Notes: generated from the letters alone by a model not told the origin. Numbered from the stretch's first letter, positions 37,966 through 47,080 are shown. The stretch is 47,080 bases of DNA from Minisyncoccota bacterium (GCA_028697455.1 JAQVEZ010000004.1:1-47080); one strand, 5' to 3'. Program-made: numbers and translations.

Positions 37966-38549
37966 TGAATACAAACTCTGGAAAAAGAAGTCTTAGATAT
38001 GAAATATTTGACCTCATCAAATTTACTCTCGTTATCCTTGCTATCGTCATCCCCATCCGGGCATTTATTGCTCAGCCTTTTATTGTCAACGGTGAGTCAA
38101 TGGTCCCAACCTTTGAAAATGGGGACTATCTCATCATTGATGAGATAAGCTATCGAGGGTCAGAACCTGAACGAGGTGATGTTATCGTGTTTAGATTCCC
38201 TACTGACCAAAAAAGATTCCTTATCAAACGAGTCATCGGCCTTCCCGGAGAAGAAGTTGTTATAACAGGAAATAAAATCACCATAACAAAAAATGACGGA
38301 GAGATTATCCAACTCTATGAAGACTATCTTAATGGGGAATTTTCTAGCTATGGAACCTGGGAACTTCGTGAAAATGAGTATTTTGTCCTCGGTGACAACA
38401 GACAAAAAAGCTCAGACTCAAGACAGTGGGGTATTGTTACAAGAGACCTTATTGTAGGAAAAACACTCTTGCGTCTCTTCCCTCTTTCTGGATTAAAATG
38501 GCGGCCAGGAACCGAGTCTCCAAGTAATATTGAGACCGTACTCGAATAG
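37965..38549 (+). CDS. lepB: Signal peptidase I
   Basis: VNGESMVPTF (catalytic Ser), IKRVIGLPG (catalytic Lys), FVLGDNRQKSSDSR. Confidence 0.96.
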   Translation: MNTNSGKRSLRYEIFDLIKFTLVILAIVIPIRAFIAQPFIVNGESMVPTFENGDYLIIDEISYRGSEPERGDVIVFRFPTDQKRFLIKRVIGLPGEEVVITGNKITITKNDGEIIQLYEDYLNGEFSSYGTWELRENEYFVLGDNRQKSSDSRQWGIVTRDLIVGKTLLRLFPLSGLKWRPGTESPSNIETVLE

Positions 38550-38552
38550 ATC

Positions 38553-39857
38553 ATGCCAAAGGAATCAAAAAACAAAAATAATTTATTCCAAAGTCCAAAA
38601 GGAATGCGGGATTTTTTAGGTGAAAAATTCTACGAGAAACAAGGTTTTTACACTCGAGCAGAAAGTATAGCTGGATACTATGGTTTTTCTGGTATTGAAA
38701 CCCCTATCGTGGAACATGCTGAAGTTTTTACCAAAGGTGTTGGTGAACACACTGATATTGTTGAGAAAGAAATGTATGATCTTCACACTCGTGGAGGCGA
38801 TCACCTCGTGATGAGACCCGAAGGAACTGCTGGGGTAATGCGCTCATATATTGAGCACGGGATGTCTTCTCTTCCACAACCTATAATGCTTTATTATGGA
38901 GGACCATTTTTCCGTCACGACAAGCCTCAAAAAGGTCGCTATCGACAACTCTACCAATTTGGTCTTGAAATTATTGGTTCACAAAAACCAGAATATGATG
39001 TTCTCATTATCCAAACAGGATTCCGAATTCTCAAAGAAACAGGAAGAAATATTGTTGTCAAAATCAATAGCCTTGGAGATTCCGAAACGCGAAAAAACTA
39101 CCTCAAAAAACTCATAAACTATTATCAAAAACACGAAAACGAAATTTCTAAAAAAGACCGAGGAAGACTCTCGACCAATCCTCTCCGCGTCCTTGATTCC
39201 AAAGAACCCGAAACCAAAGAAGTAAACAAAAATGCGCCAACCTGTCTTGAAACACTTAACACTTCAAGTAAAGCTCATTTTGATATGGTAATAAAAGGGC
39301 TTTCAGAAGCGGGTATCAATTACGAAATCGATCATACACTTGTTCGAGGGCTCGATTATTATTCTCACACGGTGTTTGAATTTATCGTCTATGATGAAAA
39401 TGGGCAACCTTCTCACGCGCTTGGCGGAGGTGGCCGCTACGACGGACTTGCGCGGGCCATGGGATACAACAAAGATATCCCAGCGGTAGGGCTCGGAATC
39501 GGAGTCGACAGAACCATAGAAAGTGCGAAGAAAAAAGTATTTATTCCACAAAACAAACAACATCCTGATTTCTATTTTATCCAAACCGGAGAAGAGCTTA
39601 ATAACGCAAGCTTCCACCTAAGAGAAATTCTCTATCAAAATAATGCCAAGGTTGTTTTTGCCCCACAAAAAGGAAGCATCGGGCAAGGACTTGGAATTGC
39701 TGAAAATTTGAAAATTCCTTTTGTACTTATTTTGGGAAAAGACGAAGCACAGGACAAAACCATAACCCTCCGAAATATGAATAACCGTGAGCAACAAACT
39801 CTCACCTTTGATGAGTTTGATAATTACCTCAAATTAATGAAAAAAAATCCAGCATAA
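38553..39857 (+). CDS. hisS: Histidine--tRNA ligase
   Basis: PKGMRDF, MRPEGTA, FRHDKPQKGRYRQ, VRGLDYY, GGGRYDGL. Confidence 0.97.
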   Translation: MPKESKNKNNLFQSPKGMRDFLGEKFYEKQGFYTRAESIAGYYGFSGIETPIVEHAEVFTKGVGEHTDIVEKEMYDLHTRGGDHLVMRPEGTAGVMRSYIEHGMSSLPQPIMLYYGGPFFRHDKPQKGRYRQLYQFGLEIIGSQKPEYDVLIIQTGFRILKETGRNIVVKINSLGDSETRKNYLKKLINYYQKHENEISKKDRGRLSTNPLRVLDSKEPETKEVNKNAPTCLETLNTSSKAHFDMVIKGLSEAGINYEIDHTLVRGLDYYSHTVFEFIVYDENGQPSHALGGGGRYDGLARAMGYNKDIPAVGLGIGVDRTIESAKKKVFIPQNKQHPDFYFIQTGEELNNASFHLREILYQNNAKVVFAPQKGSIGQGLGIAENLKIPFVLILGKDEAQDKTITLRNMNNREQQTLTFDEFDNYLKLMKKNPA

Positions 39858-39960
39858 CAGCAGGATTTTTTCTTAATACTTTTGCATTCATAAGCACTTC
39901 TTATATAAAAAGCTCAATTACCTATTGCAGAACTTGCTTTTTCTTTTAGACTGAAGCTAT

Positions 39961-40479
39961 ATGAAAAAAATCGTACAAATGGATAACAAGGTCCTTCGCA
40001 CGAAAGCACAAGAGGTCGCAAAAGAAGATATCACCAGTAAAAAAATCAAAGATATCATCAAAAACATGAATCAAGCCCTCCAGACACAGAACGACGGAGT
40101 TGCTATTGCCGCACCTCAAATAGGAGAAGCCTATAGAATTTTTACGGTAAGCCCTGTTCTTTTTGAAAAGCCAGAAGAAGAAAATCTCGTTTTTATTAAC
40201 CCAACGATTGTCAAAAAATCCAAAGAATCAACATGGCTCGATGAAGGCTGCCTTTCTTGTCGATGGAAAGTTGGTCAGGTAAAACGCCATGATGCTGTCC
40301 ACATTCATGCCTATGATGAAAACGGTGAAGAGTTTCTTCTCTTTGCTGAGGGTTTGCTAGCTCATATCTTTCAACACGAAACCGACCATCTTGAAGGAAT
40401 TCTTTTTGTTGATAAGGCACGCAATCTACGCGACATGACCCAAGAAGAAATTGATGAAGTTCTCAGTGGGAGTGAGTAG
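39961..40479 (+). CDS. def: Peptide deformylase
   Basis: GVAIAAPQIG, EGCLS, QHETDHLEG. Confidence 0.96.
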   Translation: MKKIVQMDNKVLRTKAQEVAKEDITSKKIKDIIKNMNQALQTQNDGVAIAAPQIGEAYRIFTVSPVLFEKPEEENLVFINPTIVKKSKESTWLDEGCLSCRWKVGQVKRHDAVHIHAYDENGEEFLLFAEGLLAHIFQHETDHLEGILFVDKARNLRDMTQEEIDEVLSGSE

Positions 40480-40518
40480 CTTTATGCTCTTTTTTCTTTT
40501 TAAAGCTATACTAGAAAT

Positions 40519-41334
40519 ATGAAAAAAATTGATTTTGTTTTTTTTGGAACACCAGAATTCTCCGCCATTGTCCTCGAAGAATTAAAAAAGGAAGGCTTTC
40601 TCCCTTCTCTCATCATCACTGCTCCCGATAAAGCTGTGGGGAGAAAACACATCGTAACTCCTCCAGCGGTAAAACTCTGGGCTGATGAGCACAATATTGA
40701 ATGCTGGCAACCAAACCACCCACGAGAAATAATAGAAGGCCTTGCTTCTCGTGGAGCTGAGCTTTTTATCGTTGCCTCTTATGGGTATATTCTCTCTCAA
40801 AAAATATTAGATATACCACAACACGGAACTTTGAACGTACACACTTCCCTTTTGCCAAAATACCGAGGAGCCTCCCCTATTGAATCAGCTCTCCTCAATA
40901 ATGACCCTGTAACAGGTTCGACCATTATGCAAATGACTCTTGGTATGGATGAAGGACCCATTATCACCCAGTCTATTGTAGAAATAGAACCTGATATGAC
41001 AAAACCTGATCTCTTTCACCTTCTCGCACATGACGGAGGAAAGCTCCTCACAAGTATCTTGGGTGATTACGTTACTGGAAAATGTACTGCAATTCCACAA
41101 AATGATGCAGAAGCAAGCTACTCCCACAAAATAACCAAAGCCGACGGTGATATCACGAATAACGACGACCAAACCCGTTGGAACAAATATCGCGCTTATT
41201 ATGGCTGGCCAGGAGTTTTCTTCTTTGAAGATGGAAAGCGTATCAAAGTAACTAAAGCTCGTTTTGAAAATGAAGAATTTATTATTGAACGCATTATTCC
41301 TGAAGGAAAAAATGAAATGGGGTATAAAAAATAA
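40519..41334 (+). CDS. fmt: Methionyl-tRNA formyltransferase
   Basis: FFGTPEFS, VASYG, NVHTSLLPKYRGASPI, MDEGPI. Confidence 0.96.
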   Translation: MKKIDFVFFGTPEFSAIVLEELKKEGFLPSLIITAPDKAVGRKHIVTPPAVKLWADEHNIECWQPNHPREIIEGLASRGAELFIVASYGYILSQKILDIPQHGTLNVHTSLLPKYRGASPIESALLNNDPVTGSTIMQMTLGMDEGPIITQSIVEIEPDMTKPDLFHLLAHDGGKLLTSILGDYVTGKCTAIPQNDAEASYSHKITKADGDITNNDDQTRWNKYRAYYGWPGVFFFEDGKRIKVTKARFENEEFIIERIIPEGKNEMGYKK

Positions 41335-41350
41335 TCCATTATGTCAAAAC

Positions 41351-41379
41351 AAAAGCCCCACATTCATGGGGCTTTTTTT
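41351..41379. terminator. Bidirectional terminator
   Basis: AAAAGCCCCA-CATTCA-TGGGGCTTTTTTT. Confidence 0.8.
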
Positions 41380-42058
41380 ACATACTTTCAATTTTTTTCA
41401 TTTCGTTCTTAACTTCTTTTGAATAAGAAGGCTGTTTGACCTTGTTATAAGTTTTAAGAATCCCATCAAGATCTTTTCCTTTATACGCCTTATACCCACC
41501 ACTTAATTTCATCGTGATGGTAGCAATCGCCTCTTCATAAGAGCTAAAAGAAATACTACACCCACCCCAGCCAAAAGCATTAAAACTTGCTTTTTTGCAG
41601 GCGTGTTTTCCCCCTGTTGATTCGACAAAGCTTATCGCAGGAAGAAGTTTCCAATCAACTCCGTTCTGATCAGCATACCGAACAAAATTCTCAGCCTCAC
41701 TTTCAAGTGGAAGCGATTCCTTTGCAAAATATCGTTGAAGCTTCTCAACTCTCTCATCTTTTAAATTAAGAGGAATTAAAAAACCAACACTAGCTGAGTC
41801 CCTTACCGAATCAAGAGTGTCAGAGATGATGGTATCCCGAGCAGCCCTTAAGGAAGCATCAAGAAAAAATGTGTGTGATACAAGAGACTCTCTTCCAAAC
41901 AATTCATTGGCGTGTGATAGTTCTCCGTCTTCAAGAGAAGCATAGAGAACATCACGGTCGACATCTGCCGACAATGAGTTATTTTGAAAAGATTTTTTAG
42001 AATCCTCACAAGAGAAAATAATAAGGGTGGCACCAATAATGCCAAAAACTTTTTTCAT
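41378..42058 (-). CDS. Lysozyme-fold (glucosaminidase-like) putative peptidoglycan hydrolase with a lipoprotein-type signal; paralog A
   Basis: MKKVFGIIGATLIIFSC; DWKLLPAISFVESTGGKHAC...NAFGWG...Y. Confidence 0.75.
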   Translation of the reverse strand: MKKVFGIIGATLIIFSCEDSKKSFQNNSLSADVDRDVLYASLEDGELSHANELFGRESLVSHTFFLDASLRAARDTIISDTLDSVRDSASVGFLIPLNLKDERVEKLQRYFAKESLPLESEAENFVRYADQNGVDWKLLPAISFVESTGGKHACKKASFNAFGWGGCSISFSSYEEAIATITMKLSGGYKAYKGKDLDGILKTYNKVKQPSYSKEVKNEMKKIESM

Positions 42059-42173
42059 AATTTATTTAATTTTTATATGGTTTCAAAAAGAAAATATCAT
42101 AATTCTCAAAAAATGTCAAATTTAAAGAAAAAATCCTGTTTTGTCCTAAACAAAACAGGATTCCTTGAGATTT

Positions 42174-42560
42174 TTATAGCCTTACTGCCATCTTAAACCC
42201 TATATAACCAAGGGAAACTCCCATGGTTAGGTAAGGGGGCACTCCAATCTCATAGAGAGCCCATGCCAAAACTCCTCCCAAACCGGTAATGAGCATTTCG
42301 TTTGTATCGAAACGATTCCCTGGTTGAGCAGAGTCATACCACTCTTTAACAGCACCAGCAACAAGAGCTGATGCCGTTGCAACGCAGATTTTACAATCTA
42401 TCTTTGCTATGTTCTCATTAAAAACAAGAGCGCCCGTGCCAATAAAAGCTCCAGCAGATAGATGCAGGGTGTCATCTGCTTTTTTGAGGTCATAAAACTG
42501 TGCCTGTGAGACTCCCAAGAATCCTACAAACACACAAATTAGCATTTTAATTTTGACCAT
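42174..42560 (-). CDS. YfiM/VanZ-like small membrane protein
   Basis: D..LH.SAG, AGAVKEWYDS, FDTNEML pattern within hydrophobic helices; family call from memory of the motif. Confidence 0.55.
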   Translation of the reverse strand: MVKIKMLICVFVGFLGVSQAQFYDLKKADDTLHLSAGAFIGTGALVFNENIAKIDCKICVATASALVAGAVKEWYDSAQPGNRFDTNEMLITGLGGVLAWALYEIGVPPYLTMGVSLGYIGFKMAVRL

Positions 42561-42660
42561 GTATTTGTTTCTTTGTCTTAAAGAATAGCATAAATATTAA
42601 TAAAATCAAGTTAGCTCTTTTCTCTGCAGAGCCCCCTTTCTCTCCAAAAGAAAGGAAAAT

Positions 42661-42687
42661 AAAAAAACCCTCTTTTGCAAGAGGGTT
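42661..42687 (-). terminator. Terminator downstream of the 42746 gene
   Basis: Minus strand AACCCTCTT-GCAA-AAGAGGGTTTTTTT. Confidence 0.75.
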
Positions 42688-42745
42688 CAATGATTCTCGG
42701 TGGTCTTGATATGTTAAACATTCAAGTTTCTTTCATCGAGATTTG

Positions 42746-43498
42746 TTATTTGTTTTTTAGTACCTCTCCTATGGAGTAAGTCGCTCTCGGGAGCTCATTC
42801 CCCCAATTCTCCGAATAGATTTTCAATGCAGCACGTGCATCGTCAAAATATCCAGAAAACTGTACCCCAGGGAGAGTATCAAAGAGATACTTCCAGGCGC
42901 CAGCCTTGCTAGCAATTTTTCCAGCAAAACCAGGAAGAACTTTTTTTGAAGAAAGTTCCAGAAGGTTCCAGATATCCAGTTCATCTCTTCCGACAACTAG
43001 AGCTTTCTTCACATCCGAAAGACCTGTCTCTGCTCCAGTGTCAGCCAGGGCAGTCAAAATAGCCAACACTTGTCCTTTTTTCTTCAGGGCAAGTTTGAAG
43101 GTTTCCTCGTCGTATCTTTCGAGAACGATTTGGGAAAGCTCATCGAATTTCTCCCTTCTTGACGCCTTTTCTTTGTCGAGCAATTTCTCAATTTCCATCT
43201 GCGTCTCCTTGAAGACATCGACACCATCGATGAGAACCCAACCTTCTTTGAGGCTGGTTGATCAGATTTTTTTGTGTCCCCAGCTTTGACTATTGCACCA
43301 ACTCTTCCAAGTTAGTACATTGATTTCCGGATGACGACCACTGTCGAAAACGGTCAACTCCAATGGAGTTCCTTTCCAGTAAAAATGGTAAGACTCCGTC
43401 ACTGACCACCCTCCATCTGGGTATATGACACCATTTGCAGGACAGTCTTTGGTGATGGTAGCGTCGCCATCCCATTTTGTTACCTTCATCTTTTTCAC
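42746..43498 (-). pseudogene. Hypothetical protein (250 codons) split by an in-frame TGA at 43262-43264
   Basis: Track ORFs 43262..43498 and 42746..43198 are in the same frame; the 21 codons between them are open (STSLKEGWVLIDGVDVFKETQ). Confidence 0.6.
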
Positions 43499-43829
43499 TC
43501 GCCTAGTCGAGAATTCGAATTTAGTCTAGGATTTAAATCGGTACTATTCTCCGCAGTCAACTGTTTACCTCACTCGTCTTCCTGCCTGGCGTGGCTTTTA
43601 CGAGAATCGTTTTAAAGGAAGGTACTCACACAAAAGTGTTTCCCTTGGTAAGAGTACAAAACGCTTATAAAAGCACTTTGTACTCTTACCAAAGATTTTT
43701 CAAAGAACTACTTCAATTAAAGTATAGCAAATATATACTTATATGTCAAGTAATTTATAAGATCTTATGTCATAAAAAGCCTTATTTTATATAGAAAAAA
43801 CCCTTTGAAAGGGCTTTTCTCGTACTATT

Positions 43830-44504
43830 TTATTGAGTAATTTCAATAGATGAAATAGTTACTGTCTCAACGGGACGATCGTTAGGAAATGTTGCAACAG
43901 CTTCAATCGCCTTGATAGTATCCATTCCTGAAATAACTTTTCCAAATACCGTATGTTTCGTATCAAGGAAATTGTTATCAGCAGTATTGATAAAGAATTG
44001 TGAACCATTGGTGTTTGGTCCAGCATTCGCCATTGAAATTGTTCCTATCACATTGTGATTTTCTGGGTGGATTTCATCAGCAAAAGTATATCCAGGCCCC
44101 CCTGTTCCCCAAAAATCTTCTTGGGTGTCATCTTTTGTAAGAGGATCCCCTCCTTGAATCATAAATCCGGCGATAACTCGGTGGAACTTCACTCCGTTAT
44201 AAAATCCTTCTTGCGCAAGTTTTACAAAATTCTCTACAGTTTTTGGAGCAAGTTCATGAAAAAGTTCAAGTTCAAAGTCTCCTTTATTGGTACTAATATG
44301 TGCTTTCATAGTCTGTTCATTTGGTATTATAGCCTCTTCTTGAGGACTGGTTTGGTAATAGGGGTTTGTTTCTGCAAAAATTTCCGGGATGCTGATGTCA
44401 ACAATCTCTTTAATAGAAAAAAGATCTGAAGAAACTCTCAGGTGTAAAACGAGAGCACAAACAAGAATTAAAAAATAAGAGAAAAAAGTTGAGATATTTT
44501 TCAT
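43830..44504 (-). CDS. Cyclophilin-type peptidyl-prolyl cis-trans isomerase with N-terminal membrane anchor
   Basis: [46 protein letters not shown]. Confidence 0.95.
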   Translation of the reverse strand: MKNISTFFSYFLILVCALVLHLRVSSDLFSIKEIVDISIPEIFAETNPYYQTSPQEEAIIPNEQTMKAHISTNKGDFELELFHELAPKTVENFVKLAQEGFYNGVKFHRVIAGFMIQGGDPLTKDDTQEDFWGTGGPGYTFADEIHPENHNVIGTISMANAGPNTNGSQFFINTADNNFLDTKHTVFGKVISGMDTIKAIEAVATFPNDRPVETVTISSIEITQ

Positions 44505-44510
44505 AAGAGT

Positions 44511-44861
44511 TTATTTTTGAATAAAAAAGTTTTTAATATTATCACCTGCTCTTCTCAAAAGGTTTTGAGATTTTCCTTTTTTGTCCTTAATCATTTTTAC
44601 AATTTCTTTATAAGTTTTATCGAAGGAAACCTGTGGTGAAGGAGACTTCTCTTCGCTAAAAAAATTACCGAGCGAAGATTGAATATTCATGGTAACCCGA
44701 AAGAGGTTTGGTCCTGATTGAATTCCTTGATTTTTTTCAACACCGACAAGAACAAAAGCATCATGTGGAAGAAATTTATCGAGCTTATCAATCTTTTTTT
44801 GAAAATATTCACCAATTCTTTCTTCGAGAGAATAGTTTTTCAGTTGAAATTCTGTTTTCAT
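44511..44861 (-). CDS. hpf: Ribosome hibernation factor HPF/RaiA
   Basis: KNYSLEERIGEYFQKKIDKLDKF...FRVTMNI...SFDKTYKEI...K pattern. Confidence 0.8.
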   Translation of the reverse strand: MKTEFQLKNYSLEERIGEYFQKKIDKLDKFLPHDAFVLVGVEKNQGIQSGPNLFRVTMNIQSSLGNFFSEEKSPSPQVSFDKTYKEIVKMIKDKKGKSQNLLRRAGDNIKNFFIQK

Positions 44862-44865
44862 AGCT

Positions 44866-45615
44866 TTATTTAAAAAGATTCTTTAATAATATTCTTATTT
44901 TATCATAAAGAAGAGCCTTTGAACATTTGCCTCTTGATTCAAAAGAAAAAGCATTGTAATCAGAATATTCACCTATACGGATACGATATAAATTCTCAAG
45001 ACTTGCTGGGAGGGATAATTTTTCACCGATTTTCTCAGCAAGCGTTCGAATATAGGTCCCTGACCCTACCTCAACACGAATCTTGAGAATAAGAAAATTT
45101 TCTTTTTGAAAAAAATCCAATAATTGAATATTTTTGATGAGCATTTTTTTTGTTGGAATAAAAGGAGGTTCTTTCCCCTCTCGTGCATATCGATAGAGAG
45201 GCTTCCCATTTACCTTCACTGCAGAGTAAAGGGGTGCCGGAAATTCAAACTCACCAAGCATCTCTTTGAGGGTTTCTTCTAGTTTTTCTTTTGAGAAATC
45301 TTGAAGGAAAACATCTTTGGTTTCGAGTGGGTCTCCCTCTTGATCTCCTGTTGTGGTAGATTTACCCAAAAGAACTTCGGCAAGATATATCTTCGGAAGG
45401 CCTAAATATTGAGTCATTTTTTTTGTTCCTTTCCCTATTCCAACAATCATCAAGCCACTTGCCAAAGGATCAAGAGTCCCAGCATGTCCAATTTTTTTGA
45501 TACCCAAACGGGTGCGAACTTTTTTAAGGAGACCAAAAGAAGAAATCCCCACGGGTTTGTGAGCAAGAAAAACATCAGACTCAATAAAATATTTTTTTGG
45601 AATTGTTTTTCTCAT
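44866..45615 (-). CDS. truB: tRNA pseudouridine(55) synthase
   Basis: HKPVGISS, KIGHAGTLDPLASG, PAPLYSAVKVNGKPLY, GSGTYIRTL. Start set at ATG 45615. Confidence 0.96.
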   Translation of the reverse strand: MRKTIPKKYFIESDVFLAHKPVGISSFGLLKKVRTRLGIKKIGHAGTLDPLASGLMIVGIGKGTKKMTQYLGLPKIYLAEVLLGKSTTTGDQEGDPLETKDVFLQDFSKEKLEETLKEMLGEFEFPAPLYSAVKVNGKPLYRYAREGKEPPFIPTKKMLIKNIQLLDFFQKENFLILKIRVEVGSGTYIRTLAEKIGEKLSLPASLENLYRIRIGEYSDYNAFSFESRGKCSKALLYDKIRILLKNLFK

Positions 45616-45692
45616 CGTTTTAAATTTTATCATAACAAAAACTTGACTTATGGGGTTAATTATTGTTATAGTTAAACCAAAGAAGAAAAAAT

Positions 45693-45968
45693 ATGGGAAA
45701 AAAGAAATGGACAATTCTTGAAATCCAAGAAAAAGTCCAAAAATATGAGAACTGGAAGGAAAAAGGGACCTTCCCATTTCTTAAAAAAGTCCTTGGACTT
45801 AAAAAAGAAATGAGCTTCGATGAACTTCGAAGCAGAAAAACAGGCCTTGCTCTGTTCAACAGAATTTATGGAACAAACTACCGTTTCATCTATTCTCAGA
45901 TTGGAGAATCCCTTCTGTACGAAGTTACGGATGTCATTGAGTCTAACGGCCAAAGACTTCTGATATAA
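45693..45968 (+). CDS. Hypothetical protein (91 aa)
   Basis: Fills the gap divergent from truB and ends at a bidirectional terminator; no recognised motif. Confidence 0.6.
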   Translation: MGKKKWTILEIQEKVQKYENWKEKGTFPFLKKVLGLKKEMSFDELRSRKTGLALFNRIYGTNYRFIYSQIGESLLYEVTDVIESNGQRLLI

Positions 45969-45976
45969 AATAAAAT

Positions 45977-46004
45977 AAAAACCACCTCAAAAGAGGCGGT
46001 TTTT
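45977..46004. terminator. Bidirectional terminator
   Basis: AAAAACCACCTC-AAAA-GAGGCGGTTTTT. Confidence 0.75.
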
Positions 46005-46005
46005 A

Positions 46006-46620
46006 TTATTGTGCATCAATAATGTCCATTTGGCGCATCACTTTACTTGCGTAATTAGGCACAATATGAGGAGGGTTATAGGTTTCTAAAATTCCTTTTA
46101 CATCCTTTCCTGCGTAATAACGTGCAGTGTTTGGGTTGTGTCCCCCAAGGTTTTGAGAAACAACATCAATAGACTCTTCGTATGAAGCGAAGTTAATCTT
46201 ACATGAACCCCAGCCAAAAGCACTGTAGCTAGCTGACTGACAAGCAAACTTCCCTCCGGTAGATTCAACGAACCCAATCGCGGCAAGGAGACGCCAGTCA
46301 ATCTCATATTTATGTGCATACTCAACAAAGTGTTCTGCCTCGTGTTGTAAAGGAAGGTTGTATCGAGCAAAATACTTTCGTATTTTTTCTACTCGCTCTT
46401 GATCAAGAGCATCCAGTTCCTTTTGAGATGGATCACCTTTTACCAGTTTATCAACAATGATTTGCTTGAAATTAGTTGTTCCCGAAGGAGCTTCTGCTGT
46501 TAAAGCAAGGGCGTTTGTTGAAAAAGCAAGGTAAAAAGAATAAGCAACAATAAGAGATTTATAAAAATTCTTAATAAAAGATTTTAAAATAGCTTTTTTA
46601 GTGTTTATATTTTTCGTCAT
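46006..46620 (-). CDS. Lysozyme-fold (glucosaminidase-like) putative peptidoglycan hydrolase; paralog B
   Basis: N-terminal signal/anchor; DWRLLAAIGFVESTGGKFAC...SAFGWG...YNPP...Y. Confidence 0.75.
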   Translation of the reverse strand: MTKNINTKKAILKSFIKNFYKSLIVAYSFYLAFSTNALALTAEAPSGTTNFKQIIVDKLVKGDPSQKELDALDQERVEKIRKYFARYNLPLQHEAEHFVEYAHKYEIDWRLLAAIGFVESTGGKFACQSASYSAFGWGSCKINFASYEESIDVVSQNLGGHNPNTARYYAGKDVKGILETYNPPHIVPNYASKVMRQMDIIDAQ

Positions 46621-46757
46621 AAGGTGCGATGTGTGCTCCGCGAAACTCCAAAACTAAAAAAGTTCCCACGAAAGGAACTCTCAAAATGATAGCAAGACCA
46701 TTTCTTTTGTCAATATGTCAATAGTTTTATGTAACAAAATACAAGTTTTGTCAAGTT

Positions 46758-47080
46758 TTATGAAATCTTCCAAAAAAGCTTCATTCTTGAATATGCTATC
46801 TCCCCTACGAGCTCTTTACTCAGGGAAACAAATGAATAAGGAGCAAGGTCTTGAGGTTTTTCTCTGAAAGTATCCTCGAGCCCCTTGCGATACGCAACTC
46901 TCAATTCAGTACTAATGTGGATAAGAACAATTCCTTCATCAATCGCACGAAGTAAGTCTTCATCTGATATCCCTGAACCTCCATGGAGAACCAAAGGTAT
47001 CTTTGAATTCTCCCTAATATCACGAATTCTTTGTGGGTTGAGTGCTGGGTTTCCTGTTTTGATAAGCCCATGAACATTCC
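46758..47080 (-). CDS. fba: Class II fructose-bisphosphate aldolase, C-terminal part (partial at right edge)
   Basis: GNVHG, PLVLHGGSGI, IHISTELR. Confidence 0.9.
   Translation of the reverse strand, partial: NVHGLIKTGNPALNPQRIRDIRENSKIPLVLHGGSGISDEDLLRAIDEGIVLIHISTELRVAYRKGLEDTFREKPQDLAPYSFVSLSKELVGEIAYSRMKLFWKIS

Noticed and set aside
43262-43300. Selenocysteine insertion at the TGA
   Set aside because: The hairpin loop starts about 11 nt after the UGA and does not begin with G, unlike bacterial SECIS elements. The context is not a redox motif and no sel genes are in the window.
42746-43620. Elevated GC as proof of phage or foreign origin
   Set aside because: Spot counts were similar to GC-richer parts of rpoB; this needs a computed profile, and no phage hallmark genes are present.
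43591-43794. 67-aa plus-strand ORF
   Set aside because: TTG start, no promoter or terminator support and no motif; it probably reflects intergenic sequence upstream of the minus-strand gene.

Overview
A low-GC, gene-dense chromosomal segment, mostly coded on the minus strand. I infer it comes from a small-genome Patescibacteria (CPR, Parcubacteria-like) bacterium, based on shortened PheS/PheT, a 151-aa EF-Ts, near-absent Shine-Dalgarno motifs and no biosynthetic genes. Core genes: rplY, pheST, gatB, obgE, secA, rpsP, rnr, tgt, mreBC, proS, rpsB-tsf, tRNA-Thr(UGU), rpoB-rpoC-dnaG-rpoD, trmD, rnpB, lepB-hisS, def-fmt, a cyclophilin, hpf, truB and a partial class II aldolase. Between them lie cell-envelope and accessory genes: a lytic transglycosylase, two paralogous lysozyme-fold hydrolases, a GT2 synthase with a CxxC partner, and two secreted repeat proteins. 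The most notable signals: (1) a G11 tract inside the -35/-10 spacer of a secreted beta-propeller gene that also carries an in-frame TAG at a conserved Trp, suggesting a phase-variable contingency locus; (2) an unannotated ~83-nt rod-shaped RNA with its own extended -10 promoter and terminator just upstream of secA; (3) a second accessory ORF split by an in-frame TGA; (4) pervasive leaderless-type promoters, including a palindromic dual -10 shared by two divergent genes; (5) RpoB substitutions at rifampicin-contact residues. I saw no CRISPR array, transposase, integrase, reverse transcriptase or rRNA. All calls come from motif recognition by eye, with no database searches.
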